From assembly GCF_040938485.1 (NCBI RefSeq), contig NW_027270978.1, positions 310,001 through 374,000 on the forward strand: a DNA stretch of 64,000 nucleotides, written 5' to 3'. The translations under genes were made by a program, and so were the position numbers. Shown here piece after piece: positions 1 through 14,636 of the stretch (position 1 is its first letter; the number at the start of each line of letters is the position of its first letter). The notes beneath the pieces were generated by a model that saw nothing but the letters and a program-made list of their open reading frames with translations, was not told the origin of the DNA and did no database searches. This DNA is from Diadema antillarum. Lineage: Eukaryota.

Positions 1-304
1 AGTGAGCTTGTAGATATCATTACCTAAAAAAAGTTACATTTTACAGACAGATTTAGACATTCTCAAAGCTACTTTATAGCTGTTTCATCATTCTGAAGGA
101 ATGTATTGATGTTGATACTAAAGAGCATCAATTATCACCAATATAATCAATACATATTCCCCAATTACTTATCCATCCTGAAGTGTGGAAATAGCTTGGA
201 CTTTCATTACCCTTTGATAGTGTGTATTTGAAAACATTGTACCTTGTACAGCACCAGGTTCAACAGGCCACCAGATCTCTCTAAGTGTTGCATGACCGTG
301 AACT

Positions 305-1245
305 GGGATTCTATTATCCCTACAAGGTTGATAGAACCATGCTATTAAATTACTCTACAACAGTGGTCATTGTCAAAAGCTATCTAAGTATTAAAATCCT
401 AATTGCTTTCCATGAAGCCCCGAGAACAACAAGCTTTTACAGAAGAATGAAAGTGTTATGACAGCTTGAGAGCGTAATTTATACTGTACAACAGAACACT
501 AAAGACAGTACCTGGCATGGAACCAAAAAGTATAGAATGGATCGCAAAATGTGCTGTTGGCGAATGGAATACAGAAAGTGATACAGAAAGCAGAAAGTGT
601 AATGGAGGCAATCTAAATGAGGCAATTGCATGGGATTCTTTTATCCCTACAAGGTTGATGGAACCATGCTAATTACTCTACAATAGGCATTAATGTCAAA
701 ATTCATTCAAGTAAATCCTAACTGCTTTCCAGGAAGCCCCAAGAACAATAAGCTTTTACAGAAGAACGGAAGTGTTATGACAGATTGAGAACATAATTTA
801 TACTGTACAACAGAAGACTGAAGACAGTGGTATGGAACAAAAAAGTATAGAGTGGATCGCAAAATGTGTTGTTGGTGAAATGGAATACCAAAAGTGATAC
901 AGAAAGCAGAAAGTGTAATGGAGGCACTTTAAATGAGGCAATTGCATGGGATTCTTTTATCCCTACAAGGTTGATGGAACCATGCTAATTACTCTACAAT
1001 CGGCGTCGATGTCAAAATTCATTCAAGTAAATCCTAACTGCTTTCCAGGAAGCCCCAAGAACAATAAGGTTTTACAGAAGAACGGAAGTGTTATGACAGA
1101 TTGAGAACATAATTTATACTGTGCAACAGAACACTGACAGTGGTATGTAACCAAAAAGTATAGAGCTGATCGCAAAATGTGTTGTTGGTGAAATGGAATA
1201 CCAAAAGTGATACAGAAAACAGAAAGTGTAATGGAGGCAGTAATA
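305..1245. repeat. Tandem array, about 3 copies of a 316-327 bp unit
   Basis: Anchor atccctacaaggttgat recurs at 316, 643 and 959. Confidence 0.85.
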
Positions 1246-4200
1246 AATGAACTGAGAAAATAAAAAAGAACATACTGTCTCCCATTGAAAAAAAAAAATG
1301 CATATAATATACAAGTAGGATTCCTGCATGTATATGATAAAGATCCCATATAAAGTGCTTTAATAGAACACAAACAATGCTACAATTGTATTTTAATTGT
1401 TCCAGAGAAAGTGATACATGTGGAACTCACGAAATGTTACTGAACATGGAGAGTTGCGGATCCTAGAGATGGTGTTATACAGCACATAAACTGCTCTGGA
1501 CCTCACAGAAGATGTTATCTAATGTACAGGAAATGTTACAGAACTCAACAACAGGGTAGATTTTGGACAGAGTTGATGAAAGGTGACATTGATTCCGGAA
1601 GGCTTATTGGCCCATCAAAGGCATCCATTCGGCGGACTACACCTCACCCTATGGCTATACAGAACAATAGGCAGATTAATAAGATCATTTTCACGACACT
1701 CTTAACTCTCCTAATCCCCTTCCTCTCGCCACTACCCTCTCCTCTTCTTTTCTCCCTTCTTCCTTTTCTCTTCCCTCTCTGCTGAAAGAAGAGGGGCCTA
1801 GCCTATCTGCTGAGTTGTGTGAAAACATGAGGACAGGGGGATTGTTTTCACCCACCAGACAGTATGTGTATTGATCGGGACTAAAGAGGATCTTTCCCCC
1901 ACGCCTTTGTTACCAGTGCTCGGCATCGACCCAGGATTGGAAGTGTCCTCCGAGGGGGGAAAAGTGGGTAGGGAGACATATATAGATGCAGAACTTCATA
2001 CTAATTGTACACATTGTGCACATTGCAAAGCTACTGAAGCTCATTCTGACCGAAACACACATTATGAATAGCCCTACTCACCTATTCATAAACTAGTCTC
2101 ACCCTGAATCATACAGTCATACATTATAATCAGTCCGTTTTTCCCTCATAAAACCATTTTTCTGTTATATCAATGCCCTCCCTCTTATTCTGGGCTGCTG
2201 ACACTCAGAATGAGAGTGTTAAAATGTATGTTACATGAAGTGCTTGTGAGGATTTTAGGTATTTCCTTTGCATCAAGCTTTGGTATGGGAATCAAAACAA
2301 CTGAATCCTAAATGACACTATTGCATCTTTTTGCTCAAATGCTGTTGTGATCGTCTCGTCCATTAATTAAAAAGAATGAGTAACAATTAAATGGTATCTA
2401 TCTGTCAAATGAAAAACAGCTTTTTGGCATGTTTAATCATGCTAAATAAATACTCCATCTCAATACTCATTGCAAACTAAGTCACCCTTTATCCTTTCGT
2501 TCAAGGTGTTTGGATTTTTTTTTTTCTAAAGGGGCCCTAGGTGCTCCATTGATAACTTAATGACATCTGACACATTTAAAAGGATACAGTTCAGTAGCTG
2601 CATCCACAAACTAACGGCTGAATTCTAAATTTCGTTCTGTTATCCCATTATTAACCCTTTCTGTGCCAGGGACTTCAGACTGGTGTGTATAATGCTGTGG
2701 GGTTTCCTGTACCAATCAGCACTCCAGAGCACACAAAGGATTAAAGATTTCTAGGCACCTCAGGACATTGCGCAGACACTGGAGAGGAGCCAGCCAATCG
2801 AAGCATCTTCTTGCCATGTATCAGTATCACGTTTCAAGGGACAGGTGCATGCGAAGACGAAAGTCTGAGTTTCTTTGACAGGCACACATACAAAAAAAAA
2901 AAGGAGGATTGATAAGTCGCAGCTCCTCACCAGTAACTACAATCTCCCCCATCTCACCAGGATGAGCAATCTTCACTGTCTTGCTACCATCTTCCACACG
3001 GTGATAAAAAACAAGGATGGCTGAGGCCGGGGGAGCGTATCTGAAAGCCTCACTGACAAGTGGGCCGCGTTCTGAGATTGCCAAGTGCCGTCTCCCGTAT
3101 GGGAATCATGTTCAAAATTGTGTCTGCGGCTGGGGATTTGTTTATTGGTGCAAGACTGACAAGGATATACAAGTTGCTGAGGTCTAAACTATACTGCGAC
3201 TTCCAAGCATATCATCCTCTCCTTTCTTCATTAACCCACTGGTAGCCAATTCTCCACTGAACCTCTCTGCCATCTGGTCCAGAGTGTGTCAGACTGTCTG
3301 TGTGGTTTCACATGTATTTTCTTCTTGTGGTCCCTCTATAGCCCTCTTAGACAATTTAATATCTGCTTATTTTCAAATAAAATCACCAAACAAACAATCA
3401 ACAAGCACTCGTTCGCTGGATAATTCCTATTACATTCACACGCAACATCAGCTTTCTAAGGGTTCATACAGATATTTATCCTCATTTTCACATTTGACAA
3501 AAAAAAATGAATTAAACTAACAAAAGAAATTTGACATTTCTGTGGTAGTTTAAATTGGGTTGACAAGGGATGAAAAGGTACCTCTTCAGCTTTGAAATAT
3601 AGAGATAGATATAAAGATCGACAGATAGACTGAGAGAGAGAACAAGAGGAGGAAGGAGGATGGACAGTATATTCTACATATTCTCCTCTTGAATTTTCCA
3701 TATTCTCCACAGCTCCCTCCTACAGGTAGCAAGTACATTTCCTGTTGCTCATTACTCTAGTTTCTCATCTTATTTTCTTTTGATAATAACCAAACAAAGA
3801 TAAAAGATTTCTGCCTCTTTCATGTCATGTCATAATGACATTCTGTCAAGGCCTGTAGTGTACCACTCTTGGGCATCCAGCGGAAGAGGAGAGAGAAAAA
3901 AATGATGGAAAAGGAGACTGCATAATAAAGAGAATGCGGAGGATTAGCCTGATGAGACATGATTAACGACAGGTGACAAAATACCACCGCGGCTTTCGCC
4001 TCGCTAGACGCAATCTTGCCGCTCATCCGCCCGTTTCTCCACTGGCTACATGCCGGCATGCCATAGCCAAAATGACTCATGGACTTTAAGTGATCCCAAA
4101 AAGCGAAATGCCATTCTCTAACTTTCTGTAACTCCATGTAGCATCTACCTTTAATCAACATTTGGGTATTATTGCTACAATGTATGTGTGACAATGAATG

Positions 4201-5440
4201 GAATGTGCAATGCAGGTGCATATATTTCATGAAACCATTAGGAAATATAAAACAGTTATGTAAAAATTCTTTTTCGTTTCTAAATCTCTTCCCATGCGGT
4301 ACTTGTCACTTCTGGTCATTTATCTTTTTGCTTTTTTTGTTGAATTGTTTTTTACTTTTTAACAGAAGTTAAACTACTAATGCTAATGCTAAATTCCATA
4401 GAACCTGGCTGCCATGATTTGATGTTTATAAGATGAACTGTCATTCCACAATACATTTTGTATGTTCATGTTAAGAACCATCTCCCTTGCAGTGGCACAT
4501 GATAAAGCAAGTTATAATAATATGTGGTACTCAACAAGCCCAAGATGCCATACAGCCTAGGTTTACAGTAATTGAAAAGGGCAAAAAAAAAAAAAAAAAT
4601 GTGTTCCCATCATGCGAGATGGGTGAGCGGGAAACACAATTCTGCTGCATTTGTAACTATGGTGATGATGAGTGATGAATTCATCCCATCTTGAATTTCA
4701 CTGATGATGGGAAGATGGGCTGCCCATTGACAAGGAGGCTAATCCTTCATTCAAGCACCCAAAAATGGAATGCAGCTGCCAGTTCTTATTCCACTTTGCA
4801 GGCAAAACATGCGGCTTCTGGGGCAATGAATTGCGGCAAATCGAAAAAAATATATTTCTGCCGGATGTCTTCTGAACAAGGAAGTTGGACAAGACTTCAG
4901 TTTTTTGTCATCTCCAGTCATGATTACTAAATAGTAAGGAAGGCACTGAAAACTCCTTTGCATGGCTGCTGTCGAAGAAAAATGAAACACACTTTACAAA
5001 GTATGCTAGTCCAAAGTAGTCATGGACCTTGAAGGTCATACAATAAAGCACAATTAACTCCAATTTGGTATATTATTGTTCAAATACTTGCAAAACACAC
5101 ATACAGCTGGACTTTGCTTTACCTGAAAAAGAGGACTTTAGGCAATCCTTTCAGTGTATTACATTTTGTTGTGGGTAAAAACTTGTCGAAGAACTAGTCA
5201 TTTACCATCTTGGTGAAGCAATATATTTTTTAAAAAAAGGAAGATATTTGAAATGGCGGATGGGTCTCTTGTAAAACCCTTTGTTCTGTAGGAGGTTAAC
5301 TTGTATGAAGGTTGACTGTGTGGTAGGTTCAAACTAAAACTGCAGTCATCTACATGCAGTGACAATCATCAGGAGGATGAATTGGATAAGAGCACCCAGC
5401 ACATGGCAAGCACGCATCAGGAAAAGAGAAAGAATCTCAC

Positions 5441-6205
5441 CTGTGACTCTAACGGTGAACTGGATGGTTTGCGGGATGTCGGAGACTCTCAGACGTGGGT
5501 TCAGCCTAATTCCTCCAGTGGTCGTATTCAGCAGCAGGTGATCCTGATCGTTTCCGTTGATGATTTCGTATTCCAGGGTGTCGGACTCATCGGGATCTGT
5601 CGCGGGTACCCTTCCAATATCTCCCTCCAGGAAGTATCCTTCATAGTTGTTGAAAAAGATCTCAAAGTCCCCAAGAATGGGTGCGTTGTCGTTGACGTCC
5701 GTCACCCTGATGTAAACCGTTGCTTCTGCGAAAAAAGGAACGTTGGTCGCATGGACGACCACCTCGTACTGGTTGCGGGCCTCGTAGTCGAACATCTCCA
5801 ACGACGTGATCAGTCCAGAATCTGGGTTGATCTCGAAGAAATCCTGGTCGCCTCTGACAATGGTATACTGGATGAGTGAATTGAACCCGGAGTCTGGATC
5901 GGTCGCTGTCAGTTTCATCACCTGCTCTCCGGGTATGCGATTCTCTCTGATCGTGACAAAGTATTCCCGTTCAGAAAACGACGGAGGATTGTCGTTGGTG
6001 TCCGTGATTTCCACATCGACCATCACCGAGGTGCTCAGCGATGGAACGCCTTGGTCGTAGGCATTAGCCACCAGGTGGTACTCGGCCCGAGACTCGCGGT
6101 CCAGCATGGAAGCGACACGGATGACCCCAGACGTTTCATCTATGGTAAACCGCCCACCTCCATCATTCCCGCCTTCAAATGTGTACTTGACTGCACTGTT
6201 CATTC
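5441..6205 (-). CDS. CELSR: CELSR/Flamingo copy A, coding exon 2 (rest of EC7, EC8, EC9 cadherin repeats)
   Basis: ORF 5346..6230 encodes LDRE, DxNDN and DPD cadherin motifs and the CELSR-type EC9 (FNNYEGYF..GRVPATDPD). Acceptor ctcag|GA at 6206/6205, donor ACAG|gtgag at 5441/5440; 765 nt, phase 1 to 1. Later exons are not in the window. Confidence 0.9.
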
Positions 6206-7162
6206 CTGAGTTCAACAAAAATAAAAACAAACATGATATAAATACTACATAAATTCAGTTAGAAATATCAGATTCAGATTACATGATGAATAGAGAGCTC
6301 TGAACAACATTTAAATGACAATAACATATTACTGTCTGTTCCAACAGCTATGAAGAGCAATTCGAATTAAACTGAAGTGGAGACAATGGTGACGTGCCAT
6401 TTTGCTCATTCTACTTGGGCATTTAAAAGCTGTGAAAAGAATATGAAAAAGGGAGGGAAACACACAAATATATGTCAACAAAAAAGTGAAATATATATCA
6501 TATCACCGCATATCGTATTTTCTCACATCTGAGTCATTTATATCTGACATATCAAAATTCATCCAAACAATATATACAAAGGCATTTCAAACGCATCAAA
6601 ATTTGCACATGAAAACCAAATCATCTATTCATCAGTGTACCTTCCCCCCCCCCAAAAAAAAAAAAGGTTAAATGAAAATGATATTTCAAATGAACCATTT
6701 GCAGGTTCAAGCTTAACATTCTGTATTGTGTATGTGGCAGTAATGCCTTCATGTACAAACATATTTTTGTACTATGATCATACAATATTGACACAGTTAC
6801 ATGATTATGTTACTTTTGTGCATCATTAGCACTCCTACTGAGTAAACACAAGGGTGTTAAGAGAACAAAGAATGCCTCTCTATGACAATATGCACTTGGC
6901 AGAGCTTCGAGTAGGTTATCATTACTCAGACATTATGGCAATTTTGAGTCTCTTGAAAGACATGAACATCCAGACTTTGTACCTGATAAACAATAAGCTA
7001 AGAGCAGTGCTCAATGTTGTATTCAGTCATCACATTACATATTTGGGTTACTTAATTTTTTGTCCCCTTCCAAGTACCCACTGTTCCTAAACTTGTTGCC
7101 GGTCTGTGGTGGTGGCACCTAATGTTTGTCTACGCAAAATATTTGGTACATCTGCTCAAAGG

Positions 7163-7555
7163 TTAAAGGGACTGTACAGTACCGGTTGAGGTAGGGATTC
7201 ATGTTTTGAACATTCCTAAGTGAGATAATAAAAAGCCTCTTATGAAATATGAAAGAGCATGTAATTTTAAGAAGAATTCAATGTTTATTTGATGAAAATT
7301 GGTTTTCAAATGGCCGAGATATCCAAAAAAAAGTTCTAATAATAAAAGGCGACATGCCCCAACTTTATTAGTATCTCTTTGTTTCATCTTGTTTTTGGAT
7401 ATCTCAGCCATTCCAAAAACCGATTTTCATCGAATAAACTTTTGATACCCCTTAGAACTGCATGCTCTTTGACATCTCATAGAGTGGTTTTGAATATCTC
7501 ACAAAACGTTAAAAGCTAAATCTTCACCTCGACCAGAATTGTACACACCCTTTAA
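7163..7555. mobile_element. Non-autonomous TTAA-flanked DNA transposon (Kolobok-like MITE)
   Basis: ttaa|agggactgtacagtaccggttgagg ... cctcgaccagaattgtacacaccct|ttaa: imperfect TIRs with TTAA at both ends. Confidence 0.7.
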
Positions 7556-7756
7556 CATCACATTTCACATGAACACACTGTGCTTCAGCATTTTGCTGCA
7601 TTTTTTCATTAGCTCATGCAGAAAGTCTTCATTATGAATTCATGACCTTCAAAGAAAATATACTGTACAATGTAATTCTTCATCATATCCTTGTTTGATT
7701 ATTTGTCTATACCGTGTAGTTATGTATAGATGTCTACCACATGCTGTCAATCCACA

Positions 7757-7960
7757 ATAAATGGTTGTTATTTATCTGCATCATGTTTAGAATTACAAAA
7801 ATGGAAAGTGAAGATCTTATTCTACAAGTGTATGCCACACCTCACTAGCTTGTTCTTCAGATGTAAAATGGTTGTTATTTATCTGCATGTTTAGAATTAA
7901 AATGGAAAGTGAAGATCTTATTCTACAAGTGTATGCCACACCTCACTAGCTTGTTCTTCA
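7757..7960. repeat. Local tandem duplication, about 100 bp x2
   Basis: aaatggttgttatttatctgcat...cacctcactagcttgttcttca occurs twice. Confidence 0.8.
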
Positions 7961-10361
7961 CTTGTAAAATCATTTTATCAATTATGCAAATTTTGTTATT
8001 ACATGATGTATGATATCACTCAGATAGAGAAATCTCAGATGAATAAACAGATCTAACAAATTTGACTAAAAGCAAATAATATTGATTATTTCAGTGCTGA
8101 TGAATGATCTGTCATATAATTTCACCTGAAACTTGTTTTGATTGATAGAACTTGTACAAGTACATACAAAATAAATGTGCATGAAATCTCTCTTATATTA
8201 TACATCACTGCATTATTGCAATGAATTATGATAGATGACCTACTGTAGCAGTTACAATCTTGAGCCATATCAATATTTTTGTACAGCATATTTTCTATGT
8301 GTATGTGTGGTTTTGTTTGTTAGCTTGTGTGTTTATTTTTGTGGGGTTTTTCTCAGCTTGTTGTTTTATTTGGAGTTTGAGCCATTATCTTGTTCTTTTT
8401 TAATGCTTTCTGGTAATATTTTTTGTTTTAACATCCTGCATATGATGTGTTTGTGTGAATGAGGATTTTGTAGTTTTTTCTTTGTTGGTGGTCAAGCATA
8501 AAAGTTGGATCATTATTAAACATCATCTGAAAAATAAATGTGTGTCATCTGCACACAAGAAAAAATGTGAAGGAAATGGTATCAATGTCAGAACATCAAT
8601 TGGGAAATCTCTATTATAAAGGTAAATTGTAAAAAGAGCCATTGTATGGGCACAAACATGCATACTCCTTCATAACAAGCTTAATTTTTTTCATAGGTAG
8701 CCTTCCACTCTAAGCATCTGTGTCATACAGTAATCTGATAATCCATGCACGGTAACAGGAATGAAAGATCATGTCCACAAAGCTTCTTTCCTCGGATAAC
8801 ACCTCTTGCAAACATAGGGACAAAAGATATGAAAACACAGAGAGACACTCATATGAGAGAGAAGGCGAGGGGAAAAAAATCTGTCTCTGCCGGGTAAAGT
8901 GAACCCTTTGCAAAGTGCACACAAAATAAACTAATTATGAATTAACCAAAGAGGATCCATATCCAATTGTCTGTCCTCGCTCCCGTACCCCGCCTACACC
9001 AAGACTATTGAGCCGGTCCAAGAGAGTAGTGGGGGGAAGAGGCCGCATTTGAATATCAATCGCCCCCTTTGTGAATCAGTCTACCGAGCCGGGCCGACTG
9101 TGAAACCTCACACACCGATGGATCGCTGGAGCAATCAATGGAAATTATGCGACTCCCCGAGTTAGCTGTCCTTGGTAGCATTGCAAGTTATCTGTACGTG
9201 CGTACACAGAGGAGCACTTCACAATTGACTCATCAGGGAGTGTGTTTAGTCACACATGTGGTGCGTTAATCTTGTTACGCGAACGACGACTCTGGACTGG
9301 TCCCCCCAAACATGGTATCCGCTTTCTTCATATTTACTCTCCCGACACATGGACATTCTTTTTATCTTTCTCTTTTTCATGAAAAAAAAAGGTAGACTAT
9401 TGCATGAACATAAAAATATGTCATCAACTGAACGACAGAATTGGATTATAAAAGACAACAAACAATTGACTTGATACGAGTACAGTAAGGTTGAGAAAAA
9501 TGTGCACTTTTGTCAGAAGTACATTTCAAATATTTGCCATTGTACAACAATGTAATTTGAAACAGCAGAGTATCTTGTTTGATTGCATAAAGATGAATGC
9601 TTGCCCAGACTTCATGGCATGACACATTTAATAGGGTCAATGCCACTTTGCTATATATCTTCACTCTATAATTCTTTGGGTTTTATTCAAAGATCTATGT
9701 ATATTACATCCAAGGTCTGAAAATGTGAAGACAATAACATTTATGTTGTTTAAATGTGATTTTCATCAGCAATACATTTCATTTTTGTTTTCTTTGTGAT
9801 CAAGGAATGTGAAGACCCCCTGTGAACACATTCAATTCTATGTAGAAAAACACAGATAGGCAGTCATGACGCTAAATTTGCACGATTTGCTCAATACATT
9901 CCCTTTGTATTATAAACTCGTCTTTTTCCCCTTAATTGATTATACATAAATTACCCAAAATATGCATCAATATTTTCATTCTTTCTAACACAGTGAAAGA
10001 GCACTCAATTTTATTTATAGCTACTGCAGAAGGCAGGGGGATAATGCTATTTGTCAGTAACAATGTGCATTTTTCACCTTTAAAAAAAGATTAAATTTTG
10101 TAGAATTCTCTACATTTTCCTTAAATCATTCCACTATTGTGACATTAATGAAATGTTGTAGCCTTCTTATCCAACAATTATGATATGGATTGAACCAACA
10201 TATAAAAAAAAATAAGGCTTTTTTAATGGATTGGCAAATTTTCCTTAATAACTTTATTGAATTTTTCTGAATTTGCCAAATTATCTGATAAATGTTTGGG
10301 GGTAAATTTTCCCTTAGTTTAACAGATTTTGAACAATACTATCTTTTCTTCCAATCTTGTT

Positions 10362-10513
10362 GGGGGGCGTTTCATCAACGAGTTCGTCGGAGTTTTCACC
10401 GACGAAGGATTTATACTGACAACTGTCAAAAGCTAATGAAATCCTTGGTCTGATTGGCTGATAGCAAATTTGTCGGTGAAAACTCCGACGAACTCGTTGA
10501 TGAAACGCCCCCC
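10362..10513. mobile_element. MITE with 42-bp perfect TIRs (Harbinger-like ends)
   Basis: ggggggcgtttcatcaacgagttcgtcggagttttcaccgac at 10362 and its exact reverse complement at 10472-10513. Confidence 0.8.
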
Positions 10514-13500
10514 CCCCCCTGGTTGGTACTCTTTTAATTCATGAAATTTTATCTAGATGTACTTTTATCAATCCTAGTGGAAAAATACAAACCATAATGA
10601 AGCATGATCTGTATTATTTAGAAGTGAAATATAAGCAGAGATGAAGAGTACGGTACAGAAATGTGTGCATCCTTCAATTCAGGCATTAATAAAGTTCTGC
10701 TGATGCAGTGTATTGTGCTGTAGACTGCATTCCTATGAAACTTGATGCAGCAGTCGCCTTATTTTAAATCTCTGAGTCAGTTCACTCAAGAGTGGCATCC
10801 AGGCAGAAGTCACTCATTTCACTTTCCATCGGCCATCATCCACAATGCCTTCCTTCAAGCCACAGGGATGACCACTCCAACGCCTCCAGAGGGTCAGCCA
10901 GAGTCGACCGTACTGCTTGGTTGCTATGGCAACACATCAAGATGTGCATACACAAGGGGAATGCGTGCAGGATTTGTACCATATCTTGTGCGAAGAGTGT
11001 GTGGATGCCTATAACTAGCATTATTTACATTTGAAGAATACCTGCTATACGCTACAGCACAATGTGGGTTTTGGACTGCAGGACAGATATAATTGTGGAA
11101 TCAATGGTACCAAAAGAAGTTTGATTTCTCAACTGGACACGATGTAATTGACATTCTATTTCTGGTTGCATTGTAAGATTTGCTTGTTGACCACTTGACC
11201 AGCTGACAATTTTATCTAAGGCTCACTGGATGATTGACCATTACACATAATGCATTTTTATTCATTTGATTGTACAGCCAAACTTTAATTTACTGTACAG
11301 ATCCACACTGTGGCATTCCTTCCTTTAAAATTGAAAGAGGTAAATATATGTGTGGTTCAGTCAATATCATGTCTGCCTTGCTTTTAAATGGTTCCATGGG
11401 TTTGCGTTCAACTGAGCAATATTGTATGCCACTATGCCATCCTCTCTAGTAAGAGGCAAGCACTCTGATCAAAATCAGATTAAATGTAAGGAAGTTGTAA
11501 AAAGATTTGCTAAATTTTGCACAACAGTTCTTGTACAGTTGATATGAGTCTGCAAATGAGTGAGCTGATGATGTCATCATCTCATATAATTTCATTCATT
11601 GTATAAAAAATGTTTCAAAAATTCAGTTTTATAAAATTGTGCAAAACATAATGTTGTTCTTGAGTGACTTCAAAATAAGGATCAGTCTGATATCAGGATC
11701 TGAGAATTGCATTTGAACTAAAAACTTGAAATTTAGAGATTTTATGTAAAAATTTCATGGCAAGTTGTGAGGCAATGATATCATAAACCCACTACTGTAC
11801 ATTCATATTGACTGTTCAATCAGTGTTTTGTGAAAATTAGCAAAACTTCACAATTTCATATCTTCAATAATTTTTATCCTACTCTGATCACATCTTCACT
11901 GTTCTGCTCACATCTTCACTGTTCTGCTAGTGAAATTCTTTACTTTCTTTTCAGACTATTAGAGTGTTAACTGGTCCAGAATTCCCCTTAAAGGTCATGT
12001 GGGTGTGAGAATCACAGCTTATGAACGTAAAAAAGATCCCACTGACTTTCTTGGTGACTAGAGATTGTCAGAAAACATTAACCAGGCCCATTCACAAACA
12101 AGAGTTATTAGATGGAATTGAAGCACATTAATCACCAAACTGAGCATGCCTAAACAATGACCAGAGCATGACCCCGGGCACACAGTGCACAGACCACGCA
12201 TGGCAAGTTGCATTATGGGATTTAAAAAATTATGGATTATTGTTGTTGTTGTTTTTTGCATAGCAGTCTCACACTTAACTATTCAAGTTACACTGTAGAA
12301 GGATTTTCATATGACAATGCAAACAGCGATAGTTACATTTTTTTTTTTTTGTCAACACATACGAATTAGCTGTTTTACATCCATCTGGTTTCTTTTTTTT
12401 TTTAACACTGGCTTTTAGGCACGTATAAAAGGGACTAAATTGTGCCATTTATGCCCCAATCATTAACTGTCTGTACATTTTGTACATACATAGGTGTACA
12501 TTGGACACATTTTGCATTACATATCACCAGTTGTGCAGGATGTAGGCCTACAGTACAGTATGTTGGCCATAAATGCACCATTGTTCACACCAGTCATTTT
12601 CACATTGGTACAAAATGGAAGAATATAAATATTTATCCCGTGTGACATGGTTAGGATTGTCACCATAGCAGAAGTACGATCACAGATATAAATTTTAGGA
12701 GGACATGATTTGGAGAGTCCCATTCAAATACTGCATTTCCATTCACATTCAAATTGAATGAATCATCTATCAATACATGCTGTATTTGAATGGACCATCT
12801 CTCCATATTTGCTTAATGTGTGATAGATATCAAACCTACAAAGAAAAAAATCTCAAAGGATTCCATAGATTCAAATAATGCACATGCAAAGATAGGCATG
12901 AGAGAAAGAGAAAAAAAAAGAAAGAAAGGGGAGAGATACAGTGATAACAATATGTTCTTCCCTTCTTTGTGTCTGGCACCCTCTTACCTAAATCCCCTAG
13001 AAAATGATGGGTTTCTTTCTCAACCGTTATGCCCGCACACATTCTTCTTTCTTAACTTGCGGACACTTCACTGGCGCAGTGCAAACACACACGATTCAGA
13101 GTCCACTCCTGAGAGGGTCAACAGTGCGTGCCCTGCTTTGTCGTTTCACGCACACACATTATTCAGGCAGGTCCAATTCAATGGGGGAAAGAAGTTTTCC
13201 CCCAATTGCTCCTTCCAAGCCCACTGCACAAATAATTTCAGTAGAATTCCAAAGCCCAACAGCATGTGATTACAGTGTGTTTTAATGTTCTTCTTTCTTC
13301 CTGTTTTTTTATTTAATGCTTTGAAAAATTGTTCTCACAGTGTTGATGTATTAATGCATCCAGCAGCCACACAACCCTAATTGTAAATAGTCCTATATTG
13401 TTACTGATAGTGTATTAGGCTGTTACAGACAAAAGCATTTTGAACAGGACTTTGAATACTAAACTGCGCCTGTTGTATTTAATGCAATGTATTTAAGTGT

Positions 13501-14605
13501 ACAGAGAGTGTTTCCTTCCATAGTGTTGCAACGAATAGTTGAGGAATGTGGGGAATAGTGGTGGTTATTGGGAAGCAATTTTTCTTTCCTCACAAACTGG
13601 TGTCTTGATTTTAAGATCATCTCATAAAGAGTAGATGTTACATTATAAACAGTGTGTCTTGGATGTGTTTTTTATTTTGTTCTTTTTTGTTTTAAAAAGC
13701 AAACTTGCCTGGGATTGACATTTATTTTTTTTCCTGGCTTTCTTAGAAAGACTCCCTCTGGTCATAGCCATCATTGAATATACGCTGGTAGTTATAAAGC
13801 AATTGCATAAACTTTACCTTATTGTTCACATTTAAGAATTATTTCTTTTTTCAATAGCCTTATGAGAGAAACATACTTTATTTTCTTTTTGTCATGGTGG
13901 AGGTTGAAATCCAGATATACTGATAATCCCAACAACAGGGGGTTTTTTGTCTTATTTTTACATTATATATTCCTTTTTTTTCACTCCAACAATCAAATTT
14001 GAGGTGGTAAATGCATGTGATGATAGTATCTTAAAACTGTAATAAAGTCTTTACCCAGAACATTGGGGGAAAATCATATTCAAAATTGTCACGAGTGGGA
14101 AAAAAGCAAGACCTTCATAAGAAGAAATGTGAGAAAGGATGAATGTACTCATTTCTCAGTATTACACTCACTCAGAAAAATAAATGTAATAAGGCTTGTC
14201 ATAGCTCGCTTTAACTTCACAGGGCAATGACCGCCTATCTCGCAGAAACAAAATCCCCTAAAAATGGTTGTTATGCGCCGCAGGCTTTTAGGACAGCTTT
14301 GGTGAGCGCAACATGCCGCAGACGATACAGGCATATATGATCACATAGGCATGAGCTGTGAATCTGCCGGGCAACATCATTGGTTTACAGATTTTGCGTT
14401 GGGGCGAGATAGAATGGCAATCTGTCAGAGGGATGGAGGTGCCAACACAAGTGTGCACTATGCACACCGTGTTTCAATTACATGGACTCCATGATGGGTG
14501 CCCTGCAGCATTTATGCTGTGCACCTCCGGACAAGTATGTTACTCCTATAAATAATGCTAAGAGGACAATCATTTTGCCAACTTCAACCATCTCCCCCTC
14601 TCCCC

Positions 14606-14636
<31 letters not shown>

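Noticed and set aside
305-1330. ORFs 1023..1373, 1091..1303 and 1114..1329, and a possible CRISPR-like array
   Set aside because: The ORFs lie in a 320-bp tandem repeat. Units repeat in full with no unique spacers, no cas genes are present, and the context is eukaryotic.
2640-3400. Possible decayed transposon coding remnant (Cys-rich, PAADTILNMI-like segment on the - strand)
   Set aside because: Multiple stops and frameshifts, and no motif I can assign confidently; needs tblastx against repeat libraries.
1-5440. Exon 3 of CELSR copy A
   Set aside because: No homolog of the 621-nt C exon 3 was found on the - strand; it presumably lies beyond the window, so the completeness of A is unverified.
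5359-6060. Plus-strand ORFs 5359..5541, 5382..5879 and 5806..6060
   Set aside because: Antisense shadows of the cadherin exon on the - strand.
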